NCBI GenBank assembly: GCA_965224705.1
Contig: OZ245056.1
Span: 1,792,001 to 1,856,000, forward strand
DNA length: 64,000 nucleotides
Direction: 5' to 3'
DNA from: Spirochaetaceae bacterium
GTDB taxonomy: Bacteria; Spirochaetota; Spirochaetia; DSM-2461
Shown here piece after piece: positions 40,251-50,529 of this stretch (the first letter of the stretch is position 1; every line of letters begins with the position of its first letter). Both the position numbers and the translations under genes were made by a program. The notes under the pieces were generated by a model. The model was given only the letters and a program-made list of their open reading frames with translations. It did not search any database and had not been told where the DNA came from.

Positions 40251-41519
40251 TTAATCCCCGGGAAGTCCTTGATAATTCAGCGTTGCAAAATAGTCGGACA
40301 GAGTTTCCTGTCTGCGTATTTCCATGATCTCTCCATTCTCTTTCAGTAAAAGTTCCCCAGCCCGTAGTTTTCCATTATAATTGAAACCCATTGCCCTGCC
40401 ATGGGCCCCTGTATCATGAATCACAAGAAGATCTCCTGTTTCGATGGGAGGAAGCTTCCTGTTCACAGCAAATTTATCATTATTCTCACAGAGGCTGCCC
40501 ACAACATCACAGGTTTGTGTCAATTCTTCATTTTCCTTGCCCGCAACAGTTATGTGGTGATAGGCCCCATACATTCCGGGTCTCATGAAATCAGCCATGG
40601 AGGCATCCACTCCAATGTATTCCCGGTATGTATGCTTCTTATGAATAGCCTGTGTAATAAGATATCCATAAGGACCGGTGATCACTCTGGCACATTCCAT
40701 GTTTATAACAGCCGGTTTTAAGCCATTGTTGACGATGAATTCTGTGTAACACTGCTCGATCCCCCTGGAAACAGCCCGTATATCGACTGGAGTCTCTCCC
40801 GGGTTGTACGGGATACCAATACCTCCACCGAAATTGATGAAATCCATGTTGATGCCGGTTTTTCGGGAAATCTCTTCACTGAGCTGAAGAAGCTGAGAGG
40901 CTGTATCAATGAAGTAATGCTCATCAAGTTCATTGGAGGCAACCATAGTATGAATGCCGAAGTTCTGTACACCCTTTTTCCTGGCCAGGGTATATGCTTC
41001 AAACATCTGTTTTCTGGTCAGGCCGTATTTGGCTTCTGCAGGGGTCCCTATAATACTGTTTCCCTCTTTTGCCGAACCGGGATTGTACCGAAATGCCAGA
41101 GTATCCGGCAGACCAATTTGTTCAAGATACTCCAGATGAGTAATATCATCCAGGTTGATAATGGCATTGATATCCTTAGCCTTGCGGTACTCCCTGGCAG
41201 GAGTGTTGTTGGATGTGAAGAAAACTTTGTCGCCCGTGAGGCCAACCGTTTCCGACAGTATGAGTTCTGCCATTGAGGAGCAGTCAGTTCCCATTCCTTC
41301 TTCAATCAGGATCTTCAATATCCATGGATTGGGACAGGCCTTTACAGCATAATAATTGCGGAATCCAATTGGAGCCCACTGGAAAGATTCATTGAACGAA
41401 CGAGCATTTTTTCTAATGGCCTTCTCATCGTAAAGATGAAATGGAGTGGGGTATTGACGGGCAATCTCTTTGAGAAATTCTAAACTGAATGGCAAAGTCC
41501 GCCTGAGCCTTTCTGACAC
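40251..41519 (-). CDS. lysA: Diaminopimelate decarboxylase
   Basis: TPFHLYD, YAVKA, NFGGG, VVGSLCENND, GAHG..MGFNYN. Confidence 0.93.
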   Translation of the reverse strand: MSERLRRTLPFSLEFLKEIARQYPTPFHLYDEKAIRKNARSFNESFQWAPIGFRNYYAVKACPNPWILKILIEEGMGTDCSSMAELILSETVGLTGDKVFFTSNNTPAREYRKAKDINAIINLDDITHLEYLEQIGLPDTLAFRYNPGSAKEGNSIIGTPAEAKYGLTRKQMFEAYTLARKKGVQNFGIHTMVASNELDEHYFIDTASQLLQLSEEISRKTGINMDFINFGGGIGIPYNPGETPVDIRAVSRGIEQCYTEFIVNNGLKPAVINMECARVITGPYGYLITQAIHKKHTYREYIGVDASMADFMRPGMYGAYHHITVAGKENEELTQTCDVVGSLCENNDKFAVNRKLPPIETGDLLVIHDTGAHGRAMGFNYNGKLRAGELLLKENGEIMEIRRQETLSDYFATLNYQGLPGD

Positions 41520-41577
41520 TGTAATCTCCTCAACAAGTATTATAGACCCTTGCCAGTTTGTCGGCTATAGTTGGTAT

Positions 41578-42576
41578 GTGAGAATTACACTGCCCCTGCC
41601 GGACGATTGGCATGTTCATCTGCGCCAGGGGGCAAAAATGCCCGCTTACTCCCGAGCTCATGGAGCCGCATTCGGCCGCATCCTCGCCATGCCCAATACG
41701 ATACCGCCATTAACATCACCTGAGAGAATACGGAAATACCGTCAAACTGCGGAATCTGCCTCTCCAGGACTGAAGGTCCTCACAGCATTCCAGCTCATTC
41801 CCGGCATGAACAGGAAAGACATCGCCATGCTGTCGGAGGAGGATACTCCAGCAGGAAAGTACTACCCGGCTGGAGCCACAACGAATAGTCACAATGGTGT
41901 ATCGAGCCTGGATACTGTTATGGAAGCTATCGGAGCCATGGAGGAACACGGTCTTGTCCTGTGCCTGCATGGAGAAGACCCCATGGCCTCCGTTCTCGAC
42001 AGAGAAAAAGAATTCCTGCCGACTTTCAAGAAGATCCGCCGCGCATTCCCCAGCTTGAGAATGGTATTGGAGCATGTATCAACGGCTGAGGCCGTCCAGA
42101 TGATTCAGGGAGATCCAGGCCCGTCAGCAGCCACTGTAACAATCCAGCATCTCATGTTTACACTGGACGACCTGCTTGGAAATCTTCTCAATCCCCATCT
42201 ATTCTGTAAACCAGTTGTCAAGTCCCATGTTCACAGACAGGCCATTGAGAAAGTTGTGTTTGAAGGTAATCCAAAATTCTTCTTTGGTTCCGACAGTGCC
42301 CCCCATGAGAAGGAAAGAAAACATTCCGGAACCTGTCCTGCCGGAGCATACACGGCACCGATCATTCTCCCGGCCCTGGCAGATTTTTTTGAAAAATCTG
42401 GTCAATTGGAAAGGTTGAAGCCCTTCCTCTGTGATTTCGGCAGAGAATTCTACGATGTCCCGGAAAACCGTGGAGAAGTAACACTGGAAAAGAGAGAATG
42501 GGTTGTACCCATGGAATCAGAAGGCTGTGTTCCCCTGATGGCCGGCGAAACTCTTCAATGGAGAATCGCAGAGTGA
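41578..42576 (+). CDS. pyrC: Dihydroorotase (type II)
   Basis: PDDWHVHLR, AMPNT, KYYPAGATTNS, FCKP, GSDSAPH; GTG start 6 nt after TATAGT. Confidence 0.95.
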   Translation: MRITLPLPDDWHVHLRQGAKMPAYSRAHGAAFGRILAMPNTIPPLTSPERIRKYRQTAESASPGLKVLTAFQLIPGMNRKDIAMLSEEDTPAGKYYPAGATTNSHNGVSSLDTVMEAIGAMEEHGLVLCLHGEDPMASVLDREKEFLPTFKKIRRAFPSLRMVLEHVSTAEAVQMIQGDPGPSAATVTIQHLMFTLDDLLGNLLNPHLFCKPVVKSHVHRQAIEKVVFEGNPKFFFGSDSAPHEKERKHSGTCPAGAYTAPIILPALADFFEKSGQLERLKPFLCDFGREFYDVPENRGEVTLEKREWVVPMESEGCVPLMAGETLQWRIAE

Positions 42577-43304
42577 TGACAGCCATACCTGCTATTGATC
42601 TGATTGATGGACGCTGTGTCCGCTTAACCGAAGGACGGTTTGACAGTGTCCGGGTGTACAATGAGGATCCAGTCGAAACAGCGAAATCCTTTGCTGGAGC
42701 CGGGGCCCGGCGACTGCATGTTGTTGATCTGGATGCGGCCCGGGGTCAGGGTGATAATCGCCGTTCCATTGCCTTAATCCGCAGGGCCTTCCCCGGCATC
42801 ATTGATGTGGGTGGAGGTGTTCGAAAGTCAAAGGATGCAGAGAAGCTGCTGGATATCGGTATTGACCTCATCGTTGTAGGAACCTCTCTGGCAGAAAATC
42901 CGGAGGAAGTGGGTGAATGGACAGCAGATTTCGGCCAGGTGTTCATCGCCGGAATAGACGCAAGAGATGGCATGGTGAAAACATCGGGCTGGGAAGAGGG
43001 CAGTGTTCTGCGGGCTGTCGACCTTGCCGTCACAGCCGGAGAATTGGGTTTGATAGAAATAATCTACACAGACATAGCCCGGGATGGAACAATGAAGGGA
43101 CCCAATATATCTGAAACAGAGGCCATTGCCGCAGCCTCCGGTTTGCCGGTAATCATTTCAGGAGGAGTGGGAAGTATGGCCGATCTGAAAGCCATGACCA
43201 CCAATCCTTCCCGGGGGATTAGAGGTGTTATCTTCGGCAAAGCTCTGTACGAAGGAACGATTGATCTTTGCGAGGCAATAAAAACTCTGGGAGGAAGTGA
43301 GTGA
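42576..43304 (+). CDS. hisA: ProFAR isomerase
   Basis: IPAIDLIDGRCVRL, LHVVDLD, VGGGVR, TDIARDGTMKGP. Confidence 0.96.
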   Translation: MTAIPAIDLIDGRCVRLTEGRFDSVRVYNEDPVETAKSFAGAGARRLHVVDLDAARGQGDNRRSIALIRRAFPGIIDVGGGVRKSKDAEKLLDIGIDLIVVGTSLAENPEEVGEWTADFGQVFIAGIDARDGMVKTSGWEEGSVLRAVDLAVTAGELGLIEIIYTDIARDGTMKGPNISETEAIAAASGLPVIISGGVGSMADLKAMTTNPSRGIRGVIFGKALYEGTIDLCEAIKTLGGSE

Positions 43305-43897
43305 AACACAGAGGAAATGACCCCCCCTGGCCTGTGACGGTCATTACCGGCAGCAGGAGAACTGCTGTTCTGATGAATCGCAAGGCGTATCGGAAAAGCC
43401 TGGAGAACAGCAGCCCGTGGATTGTTCATCCGGTAACAAACCGGGTGTTACCCTGGCCTGGTTCACCAGCGATTCTTTCCCTTAAAGAAAGTCCTGGATC
43501 CTACACCCTCACCATTGCTGAGGGGGCTGAATTACACCCTTACGGAATGGCCGCTCCATTGGATATCGATCCCGACGACAGGGGTGAGATGCATGAAGAT
43601 GGCACTCAGGGAAAATCAATGAGTTCTGGAATTCTGGACAGACTTTCGGCAATCATTGCAGAATATAAAGAGACTATGCCGGAAGGTTCCTATACGGCAC
43701 ATCTTTTCTCAGTTGGAGAGGAGAAGATACGAAAGAAAGTAGGGGAAGAGGTCATTGAACTTATTCTATCCCATGAGAAAGATGATATCATCTATGAAAC
43801 TGCGGATTTGATATATCATGTCCAGGTCCTTCTGGCCGCACTGGATTTAAAATGGGCCGATGTGGAGAATGAGCTTCTTCGTCGTCATACCGACTGA
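43301..43897 (+). CDS. hisE: Phosphoribosyl-ATP pyrophosphatase with degenerate N-terminal HisI-like domain
   Basis: GSYTAHLF, KKVGEE, ETADLIYH; the N-terminus resembles the HisI start but has no Cys. Confidence 0.85.
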   Translation: MKHRGNDPPWPVTVITGSRRTAVLMNRKAYRKSLENSSPWIVHPVTNRVLPWPGSPAILSLKESPGSYTLTIAEGAELHPYGMAAPLDIDPDDRGEMHEDGTQGKSMSSGILDRLSAIIAEYKETMPEGSYTAHLFSVGEEKIRKKVGEEVIELILSHEKDDIIYETADLIYHVQVLLAALDLKWADVENELLRRHTD

Positions 43898-43899
43898 CA

Positions 43900-44643
43900 A
43901 TGTATAAACCCGATATTCTCTACGAAGATAATCATGTTATCGCTGTGAACAAAAAGACGGGCATGCTCGTTCAGGGGGACAAAACCGGAGATCTCCCCGT
44001 TCTTGACCTGATGAAATCCTACATCAAGGAGAGGGATAATAAACCCGGCCAGGTCTTCCTCGGATTGCCGCATCGTCTTGATCGCCCGGTCAGCGGCGTT
44101 CTTATCCTTGCAAAAACTTCCAGGGCACTTTCCCGTCTATCTGCCTCATTCCGGGACGGTGCGGTGCAGAAGTATTACTGGGCAGCAGTGGAATCAGCTC
44201 CCACTCCCCCGGAAGGAACTCTTATTGACTGGCTGCGGAAAGATGCGAAAACCAATACCTCCCATAGAGTAAGACCAACAGCGGCCGGGGCCAGGGAGGC
44301 CCGATTGACATATCGGGTTCTTGGTTCTTCCAAGAGCTGCTGGCTGGTGGAAGTTCAATTGCTCACTGGACGGCATCACCAGATAAGGGTGCAGCTTTCC
44401 GGCATGGGAACTCCGGTTAAAGGCGATTTGAAGTACGGAGCAAAACGATCGGATCCCGGGGGGGGAATACATCTGCACGCCCGGAGGCTGGAATTGCCTC
44501 ATCCAGTTCGAGAAAAACCTCTCCTCATTACAGCACAGCCTCCTGACGGGCCAATCTGGCAGAATTTCATGAACATCTTCAGATCGAAATCCCCCGATAT
44601 GAATTCGGTACGCGGCAACTGTTCCGGGTGTTCGGAAGATTGA
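43900..44643 (+). CDS. RluA-family RNA pseudouridine synthase
   Basis: HRLDRPVSG, TGRHHQIR, GDLKYG, LHA. Confidence 0.93.
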   Translation: MYKPDILYEDNHVIAVNKKTGMLVQGDKTGDLPVLDLMKSYIKERDNKPGQVFLGLPHRLDRPVSGVLILAKTSRALSRLSASFRDGAVQKYYWAAVESAPTPPEGTLIDWLRKDAKTNTSHRVRPTAAGAREARLTYRVLGSSKSCWLVEVQLLTGRHHQIRVQLSGMGTPVKGDLKYGAKRSDPGGGIHLHARRLELPHPVREKPLLITAQPPDGPIWQNFMNIFRSKSPDMNSVRGNCSGCSED

Positions 44644-44710
44644 AAAACAAAAGGCAGTCTATTGTAGAAAGAAATAGTTTTCTGTATATTTCTCCTGGAG
44701 GATAATATCA

Positions 44711-44989
44711 ATGCCGACATACGATTACGAATGCATATCCTGCGGTTATCAATTTGAACAGTTTCAGAGTATGTCTGATGAAGCGTTAACCGATTGCCCT
44801 CAATGCAGTAAAAGCAAACTGCGCCGTCTCATTGGCAATGGAATGGGCATCATTTTCAAGGGTTCCGGTTTCTATGTCAACGATGCCCGGAAATCCGATT
44901 CCAGCGAGAAATCAGAAAAACTCACCCCAACTGCTGCGGAGAACAAAAAAACAAAGTCCCCCGGTACCAATAAGAAAGCCAGTGCCTGA
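44711..44989 (+). CDS. FmdB-family zinc ribbon protein
   Basis: MPTYDYEC..C...CPQC...FKGSGFY. Confidence 0.93.
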   Translation: MPTYDYECISCGYQFEQFQSMSDEALTDCPQCSKSKLRRLIGNGMGIIFKGSGFYVNDARKSDSSEKSEKLTPTAAENKKTKSPGTNKKASA

Positions 44990-45013
44990 CAGAAGATTCC
45001 ACATCATTTAATC

Positions 45014-46777
45014 ATGCATATACTGAAGACATCTCTGCTGAAGGAATTCAAAACTCTCAAGCCGCATCTTTATAAGTATAGCAGGAGATACATTGCCGGT
45101 TTTGCATTTCTAGTCCTGGCCGATGCCGGACAGATACTGATTCCCCGATTGATCGGTCAGGCTGTTGATCATATTTCTGATGGCACAGCCGCCCGGGGAA
45201 TCATTCTCCGCCTGATGATTCAGGTGGTTCTCCTGGCCAATCTTATTGCACTTGGCCGCTATGGATGGAGAAATTTCATTATAGGAAGTGCCCGGCATAT
45301 TGAAGCCGATATTCGCAACCGGATTTATGGACATTTTCTCATCCTGACCAATACCTTTTATATAAATCATAAAACCGGTGATTTAATGGCCAGGATCAGC
45401 AATGACCTTAAATCCATACGCATGTCTGTGGGAATGGGATCTGTGGCCCTCATCGATGGTTTTTTCATGACTATTGTTATCCTGGGGGCACTTTTTCTAA
45501 GCTACGGATTCCTTGGGCTCCTGATTGTAGTTCCCCTGCCATTGTTGACCGCCATGGCTCTGATACTCGGAAGATTATTGGGCCCCCTCTTCTTGAAAGT
45601 TCAGGAGAACTTTTCCCGCATCAGCGAACATGTTCAGGAGACACTGACAGGAATCCGGGTGATTAAATCCTTCGCGATGGAAAAGAGGGCTCTGACAGCT
45701 TTTGCCCGGGTGAATGACAACTATGCTCGATCCCATATGAATCTTGTCCGATTCTGGGGAATGATGTTCCCGGCCATGGGTTTCCTGGCAGGGTTAGGGG
45801 TTCTGTTCCTGTTGTATTTTGGCGGCAGGGCCGTCATTGACAGCAGAGTCAGTCCGGGAGATTTCATTGCCATGCTTTCCTACCTGGGCATGCTGGTGTG
45901 GCCGGCTATGGGAGCCGGGTGGGTAATCAGCATCATGCAGAGAGGGGCGGCATCAATGAAGCGTATCAATGAAATCCTGGATGAAATTCCTGACATATAT
46001 GACCTCCCGAACGCCATTGAAACCCCTCCTGTCGGCAGCCTGGAATTCCGATCGGTGAGTTATCAATACAATAAGGGAAAAGTCCTTCTCGATATAAGCT
46101 GTACCATAAAAAAAGGAACATCTCTTGGGATTCTCGGCCGTACGGGGGCAGGTAAAACCACTTTACTGAAACTGCTTACCCGTATCATTGATCCTCCGGA
46201 AGCCTGTATTTTCATTGGAGGCCAGGATATTCGAACCTTTACAAGAACAGCCCTGAGACGCACACTGGGTGTGGTTTCTCAGGATGTTTTCCTGTTCTCC
46301 GAAACAATCCGGGCAAACATTGTATTCGCCAGACCGGAAGCATCGGATTCAGAAGTAGCCAATGCCGTAAAGGCAGCCGGACTTGAATCTGACCTGCCCT
46401 TTTTCCCGGAGGGTTTGGAGACCATTGTCGGTGAAAAGGGAGTTATCCTCTCGGGAGGTCAGAAACAGCGTATTGCCATTGCCAGAGCTATTATTACAGG
46501 TCCGGAAATTCTTGTACTTGACGATGCTCTTTCAGCTGTTGACGTAGACACCGAGGAACGCATACTTGACAATCTCTTTGCGTTTCGTGAGGGAGGAACA
46601 ACGGTGTTGATTTCCCATCGTGTTTCAGCACTTTCCCGATGTGATCGGTGTATAATTCTGGAAGATGGGAAGGTAGCCGCGGAAGGGACCCATGAAGAAC
46701 TCCTGAAGGATAATGAATTCTACAGAGAAATCTCTGATTTACAGAAACTGGAATCCGATCCAGGGAAATCAGAATGA
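45014..46777 (+). CDS. ABC exporter, TMD+NBD (MdlA-like half)
   Basis: TGDLMAR, GRTGAGKT, LSGGQKQR, LVLDD. Confidence 0.93.
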   Translation: MHILKTSLLKEFKTLKPHLYKYSRRYIAGFAFLVLADAGQILIPRLIGQAVDHISDGTAARGIILRLMIQVVLLANLIALGRYGWRNFIIGSARHIEADIRNRIYGHFLILTNTFYINHKTGDLMARISNDLKSIRMSVGMGSVALIDGFFMTIVILGALFLSYGFLGLLIVVPLPLLTAMALILGRLLGPLFLKVQENFSRISEHVQETLTGIRVIKSFAMEKRALTAFARVNDNYARSHMNLVRFWGMMFPAMGFLAGLGVLFLLYFGGRAVIDSRVSPGDFIAMLSYLGMLVWPAMGAGWVISIMQRGAASMKRINEILDEIPDIYDLPNAIETPPVGSLEFRSVSYQYNKGKVLLDISCTIKKGTSLGILGRTGAGKTTLLKLLTRIIDPPEACIFIGGQDIRTFTRTALRRTLGVVSQDVFLFSETIRANIVFARPEASDSEVANAVKAAGLESDLPFFPEGLETIVGEKGVILSGGQKQRIAIARAIITGPEILVLDDALSAVDVDTEERILDNLFAFREGGTTVLISHRVSALSRCDRCIILEDGKVAAEGTHEELLKDNEFYREISDLQKLESDPGKSE

Positions 46778-48858
46778 AGCACACAGAGGAAATTGTCCGC
46801 ACCAGTTCCACCGCAGTCATAAACCGACTGGCCAACCTGACCAGACCGTATAGAATTGCCGTATTGATCACCGTAATCACTCTGCTTATCGCAACAGCCG
46901 CAGAACTTCTTCTACCCGTTATAATCAGGCGAACCCTGGACGATCATCTTCTACGCCGCGAGTATCGACTTGATCTTGCTGCCGCTCAATCCGGAATCCC
47001 CTATCCTGCCCTGGCAGAAACTCTACTCGAAGGGGGACGTATCATCGGTTCCGGACTTTTTGTTTCAATTGATTCTCTTCAGAACTTGAATGGGGCGGAA
47101 AAAGATGCCGCAAGAAGGGAAGGCTGGCTGCATGAGGAAGACTGGTATGTTTTCCAAACAGGCGGCAAAGAAGTGAAATCAGTGGTGGCAGCTCACCCGG
47201 AAATGTTTGAATCTTCTTCTGAGTTCCATGCAATTCGTATTAAAGACAGGCGTCAACTGAGCCTGGAAGAACAGAGATACATACGGTACGGCGACTATCC
47301 TGGCCTGAAGAAAAGAAGCGGTCAGTATCTGATTCTACTGGCAATTATTCTGGTATTGACCTTCGGGCAGGTCTATACCGCTTCCTGGATTGGCCAGAAA
47401 GTAATGGCCGATATACGGTGTTCACTGCTCTCCCACATTGTCCATCAATCTCTGGATTACCTGTCAAAAACACCGGTGGGCAGTTTTGTCTCCCGGGCCA
47501 CGAATGATGTGGAAACCATCGCAGAGTTTTTCACGAACGTCACCATTTCATTCTTAAAAGACATTGCCATCATGGTTGGTGTGATTGGAGTTATGTTTGC
47601 ACTGGATGTCCGGCTTGCTCTGATAACTTTGATTGCCCTGATACCAACATTCGCCCTTATCGTATTTTTTCGCAATCGAATAAGAGAGGCCTTTCGCCGA
47701 GTTCGAGTCAGGGTCAGCATGGTCAATGCCTTTCTGTCAGAACACATCAGCGGCATGAGCACGATCCAACTTTTCGATATGGAAAAACAAAGTGCAGAGG
47801 AATTTGAGAAAAAGGGCTCCAGTCTTCTGAACGCAGAAATGAACCAGCTGCGCATCATGGCTGTTTTCAGACCCCTTATAGAATTGATTGCTTCTCTGGC
47901 CATTGCATTGATAATATGGTATTCGTCCAATCTCCACGAATCAGGTGTGGTTACCCTGGGAATACTCATAGCCTTTGTCGAATTGATCCAGAAATTCTTC
48001 CATCCGATTATGGATATCGCAGAAAAATTCGACATCCTTGAGTCCGCCATGGCGGGCGGTGAACGTGTATTTGCCATGCTGGATGTTGTCAACAGAATTC
48101 CTGATAATCGCTCAGGATCTACTGGCATCAGGGATAGAAGTGAGATTGAATTTGAAAATGTCCATTTCTCCTATGTGGCCGGTGAACCGATTCTCAAGGG
48201 GTTGAGTTTTACGATCCCTGCCGGCTCAACCACAGCCATTGTTGGAGCAACAGGAACTGGAAAAACAACCATTGCCAATCTTCTTACTCGCTTATGGGAT
48301 CCCCAGGATGGTAGAATCATCCTGGACGGTGAGGATGTCCGCAACATGCCTCTGACCAGTTTAAGGAAGATAATTCAGCCCATCCAGCAGGATGTTTTTC
48401 TCTTTGCCGGATCCATCGCTGATAATATTGATCTGGGTCTGGGACTGGACAGAAAGACCATTGAGGAATCCGGTAAACTTGCCCGGGCCGATGAGTTTAT
48501 AGCACACCTGCCTGATGGTTACGATACCCTGATTACTGAAGGGGCTGACAACCTTTCTGCCGGTCAGCGTCAACTGGTGGCATTTGCCCGAATCATTGCT
48601 CACAACCCACGGGTGATAATACTCGATGAGGCTACGGCTAACATTGATACAAAAACCGAGGCCCTTATTCAGGAGGGACTGGACAGTCTCCTGAGTAATC
48701 GCACGGCAATGATTATTGCCCATCGCCTTTCCACAATTCGCCGTGCCGATCAGATACTGGTTTTAGGTCGGGGGAAGCTCATCGAATCGGGTACTCATGA
48801 GGACCTTCTTGCCCGGAACGGGGTATATCGAAATCTATACGATTTACAGTTTTTATAG
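46774..48858 (+). CDS. ABC exporter, TMD+NBD (MdlB-like half) with an enlarged first loop
   Basis: GATGTGKT, LSAGQRQ, LDEAT, IAHRLSTI. Confidence 0.93.
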   Translation: MKHTEEIVRTSSTAVINRLANLTRPYRIAVLITVITLLIATAAELLLPVIIRRTLDDHLLRREYRLDLAAAQSGIPYPALAETLLEGGRIIGSGLFVSIDSLQNLNGAEKDAARREGWLHEEDWYVFQTGGKEVKSVVAAHPEMFESSSEFHAIRIKDRRQLSLEEQRYIRYGDYPGLKKRSGQYLILLAIILVLTFGQVYTASWIGQKVMADIRCSLLSHIVHQSLDYLSKTPVGSFVSRATNDVETIAEFFTNVTISFLKDIAIMVGVIGVMFALDVRLALITLIALIPTFALIVFFRNRIREAFRRVRVRVSMVNAFLSEHISGMSTIQLFDMEKQSAEEFEKKGSSLLNAEMNQLRIMAVFRPLIELIASLAIALIIWYSSNLHESGVVTLGILIAFVELIQKFFHPIMDIAEKFDILESAMAGGERVFAMLDVVNRIPDNRSGSTGIRDRSEIEFENVHFSYVAGEPILKGLSFTIPAGSTTAIVGATGTGKTTIANLLTRLWDPQDGRIILDGEDVRNMPLTSLRKIIQPIQQDVFLFAGSIADNIDLGLGLDRKTIEESGKLARADEFIAHLPDGYDTLITEGADNLSAGQRQLVAFARIIAHNPRVIILDEATANIDTKTEALIQEGLDSLLSNRTAMIIAHRLSTIRRADQILVLGRGKLIESGTHEDLLARNGVYRNLYDLQFL

Positions 48859-49115
48859 TGTCAGAAAGCTTGTTAATGCAGCAGAAACCCCTGTCAGGCT
48901 CGTTATAACATAACAAGAAACAATTTATAAGGAGTTTGACCATGCCATTCCGACTCTTGAATCAACGGCTATTTCTCTACCAGTACTGGAGGTCGCTTGA
49001 AACAGGATTTTAGGCAGGGAATCATATCCGGGAAGATACCGCCTGGTGTCTCAAAAGATTTCCTTCTGACTTTCTCTTCTTTTGATCTGTATGCAGTGCC
49101 TCCATAGTGACACTA
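48857..49115. mobile_element. MITE family B copy, decayed
   Basis: Left end AGTGTCAGAAAGCTTGTT overlaps the ABC stop codon; only TGACACTA (49108-49115) remains as a possible right end. Confidence 0.5.
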
Positions 49116-49224
49116 CCCTGAAGAAACTATAGTATTCCTGAGGAGTAATCGCAGCTCAATGGTGTTCAATTGATTGACTGGCAGTTGCATACATTTGAAA
49201 GCTATTCTATTCAAGATCGGAAGC

Positions 49225-50529
49225 ATGAAAACTGTACTGGTATTTGGAACATTCGATAGTATTCATCCCGGCCACCGCTGGTTTCTCCAGCAGGCAGCCT
49301 CTCAAGGTGATGAAATCATTGCCGTTGTAGCACGAGATAAATTTGTCGCTGAGTGGAAGGGAAAAGCTCCGCATCATGACGAACAAAGTCGGATGGCCTG
49401 CTTGATGAATTCAGGTATGGTGAATGAGGTGCGGCTGGCGGACGAGTGTATTCATACATACAGTGTTTTACAGGAGATAACACCAGAAGTTATCTGTCTT
49501 GGCCATGATCAAAAGGCATTGAAGGCTGATCTGGAGTCATTTCTGGTCAACAACTATACGGGAAATTCTAAACCTGAAATCCGTTCACTCCCCCCGTGGC
49601 GGAGGCAGTTATACAGTTCCACACGTATCACAAAATCTAAATCCTCCTGGAAAGTCTGGATACTGTACATTCTTCTGGTTTCTGCAATGCTCTCCATTGG
49701 GTTCAGCTGGGTATCCGGTAAAAGACTGACCTCATCTGCCGACATGGCAGACCTTGCTTTTATCAGATTTTTCTGTACAGCAGTGCTATGCCTGCCACTG
49801 TTAATTTCCAAACAAACATCGAAAATTTCTGTCAAAGAGCTTCTTCCAACCATATTCATGGCCTTATGCCTTGTTTGCTACAACCTGCTATTCTCTTTCG
49901 GACTAGAATCAGGTCTTGCGGGGCGGGGAGGAGTCATTGTCAGCACAATACCCCCTCTGCTGACTTTGCTCATTGCATCGTTCCTGTCGAAAAACACTCT
50001 TCGGGGCATAGCCATTCCGGGTACTTTTATTGGTGTGGCTGCCGGAATAATTCTTCTTAAACCCTGGCAGTACACAGGGAACAGATTAGTCGATCCCGGA
50101 AACCTGGTATTCCTGATGGCAGCACTGTTCTGGGCAATAATGATGGTTGCAGTACACAGGGTTCAGATCTTTTTGGGCAGCTTTGCGCGATTCGTTGTTA
50201 TACTCTACACAGCAGGCTTCCTCATTCTCACACCATTAATCATTATGAAATCAGGCCTCTCTGTTTTCACAGGGCATGACATCATATTCTGGCTGGACAT
50301 GGTATTCCTCAGTGCGGCAGCGGGTTTTTATGGAATTGGTCTTTATTGCTTTGCATCCAGAGAGCTGGGGACTGACCGCACCTGTGCTTTTGCACTATTA
50401 GTACCTGTTTCAGCCGCAGGTTTTGCATGGCTTATACTTGGGGAAGTGCCTGATCCTGCTGCCATCCTGGGAGGGTCGCTGGCTGTCATTGCATTCGTTT
50501 TGATTAATATCCGGCCTAAAACAGATTAG
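49225..50529 (+). CDS. Fusion of an HxGH nucleotidyltransferase (RibL/FAD synthase-like) and an EamA/DMT transporter
   Basis: VLVFGTFDSIHPGH, VVARD, LGHDQ, YSST; then about 10 TM helices with an EamA pattern (AFIRF, P.LT.L, WLILGE). Confidence 0.8.
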   Translation: MKTVLVFGTFDSIHPGHRWFLQQAASQGDEIIAVVARDKFVAEWKGKAPHHDEQSRMACLMNSGMVNEVRLADECIHTYSVLQEITPEVICLGHDQKALKADLESFLVNNYTGNSKPEIRSLPPWRRQLYSSTRITKSKSSWKVWILYILLVSAMLSIGFSWVSGKRLTSSADMADLAFIRFFCTAVLCLPLLISKQTSKISVKELLPTIFMALCLVCYNLLFSFGLESGLAGRGGVIVSTIPPLLTLLIASFLSKNTLRGIAIPGTFIGVAAGIILLKPWQYTGNRLVDPGNLVFLMAALFWAIMMVAVHRVQIFLGSFARFVVILYTAGFLILTPLIIMKSGLSVFTGHDIIFWLDMVFLSAAAGFYGIGLYCFASRELGTDRTCAFALLVPVSAAGFAWLILGEVPDPAAILGGSLAVIAFVLINIRPKTD

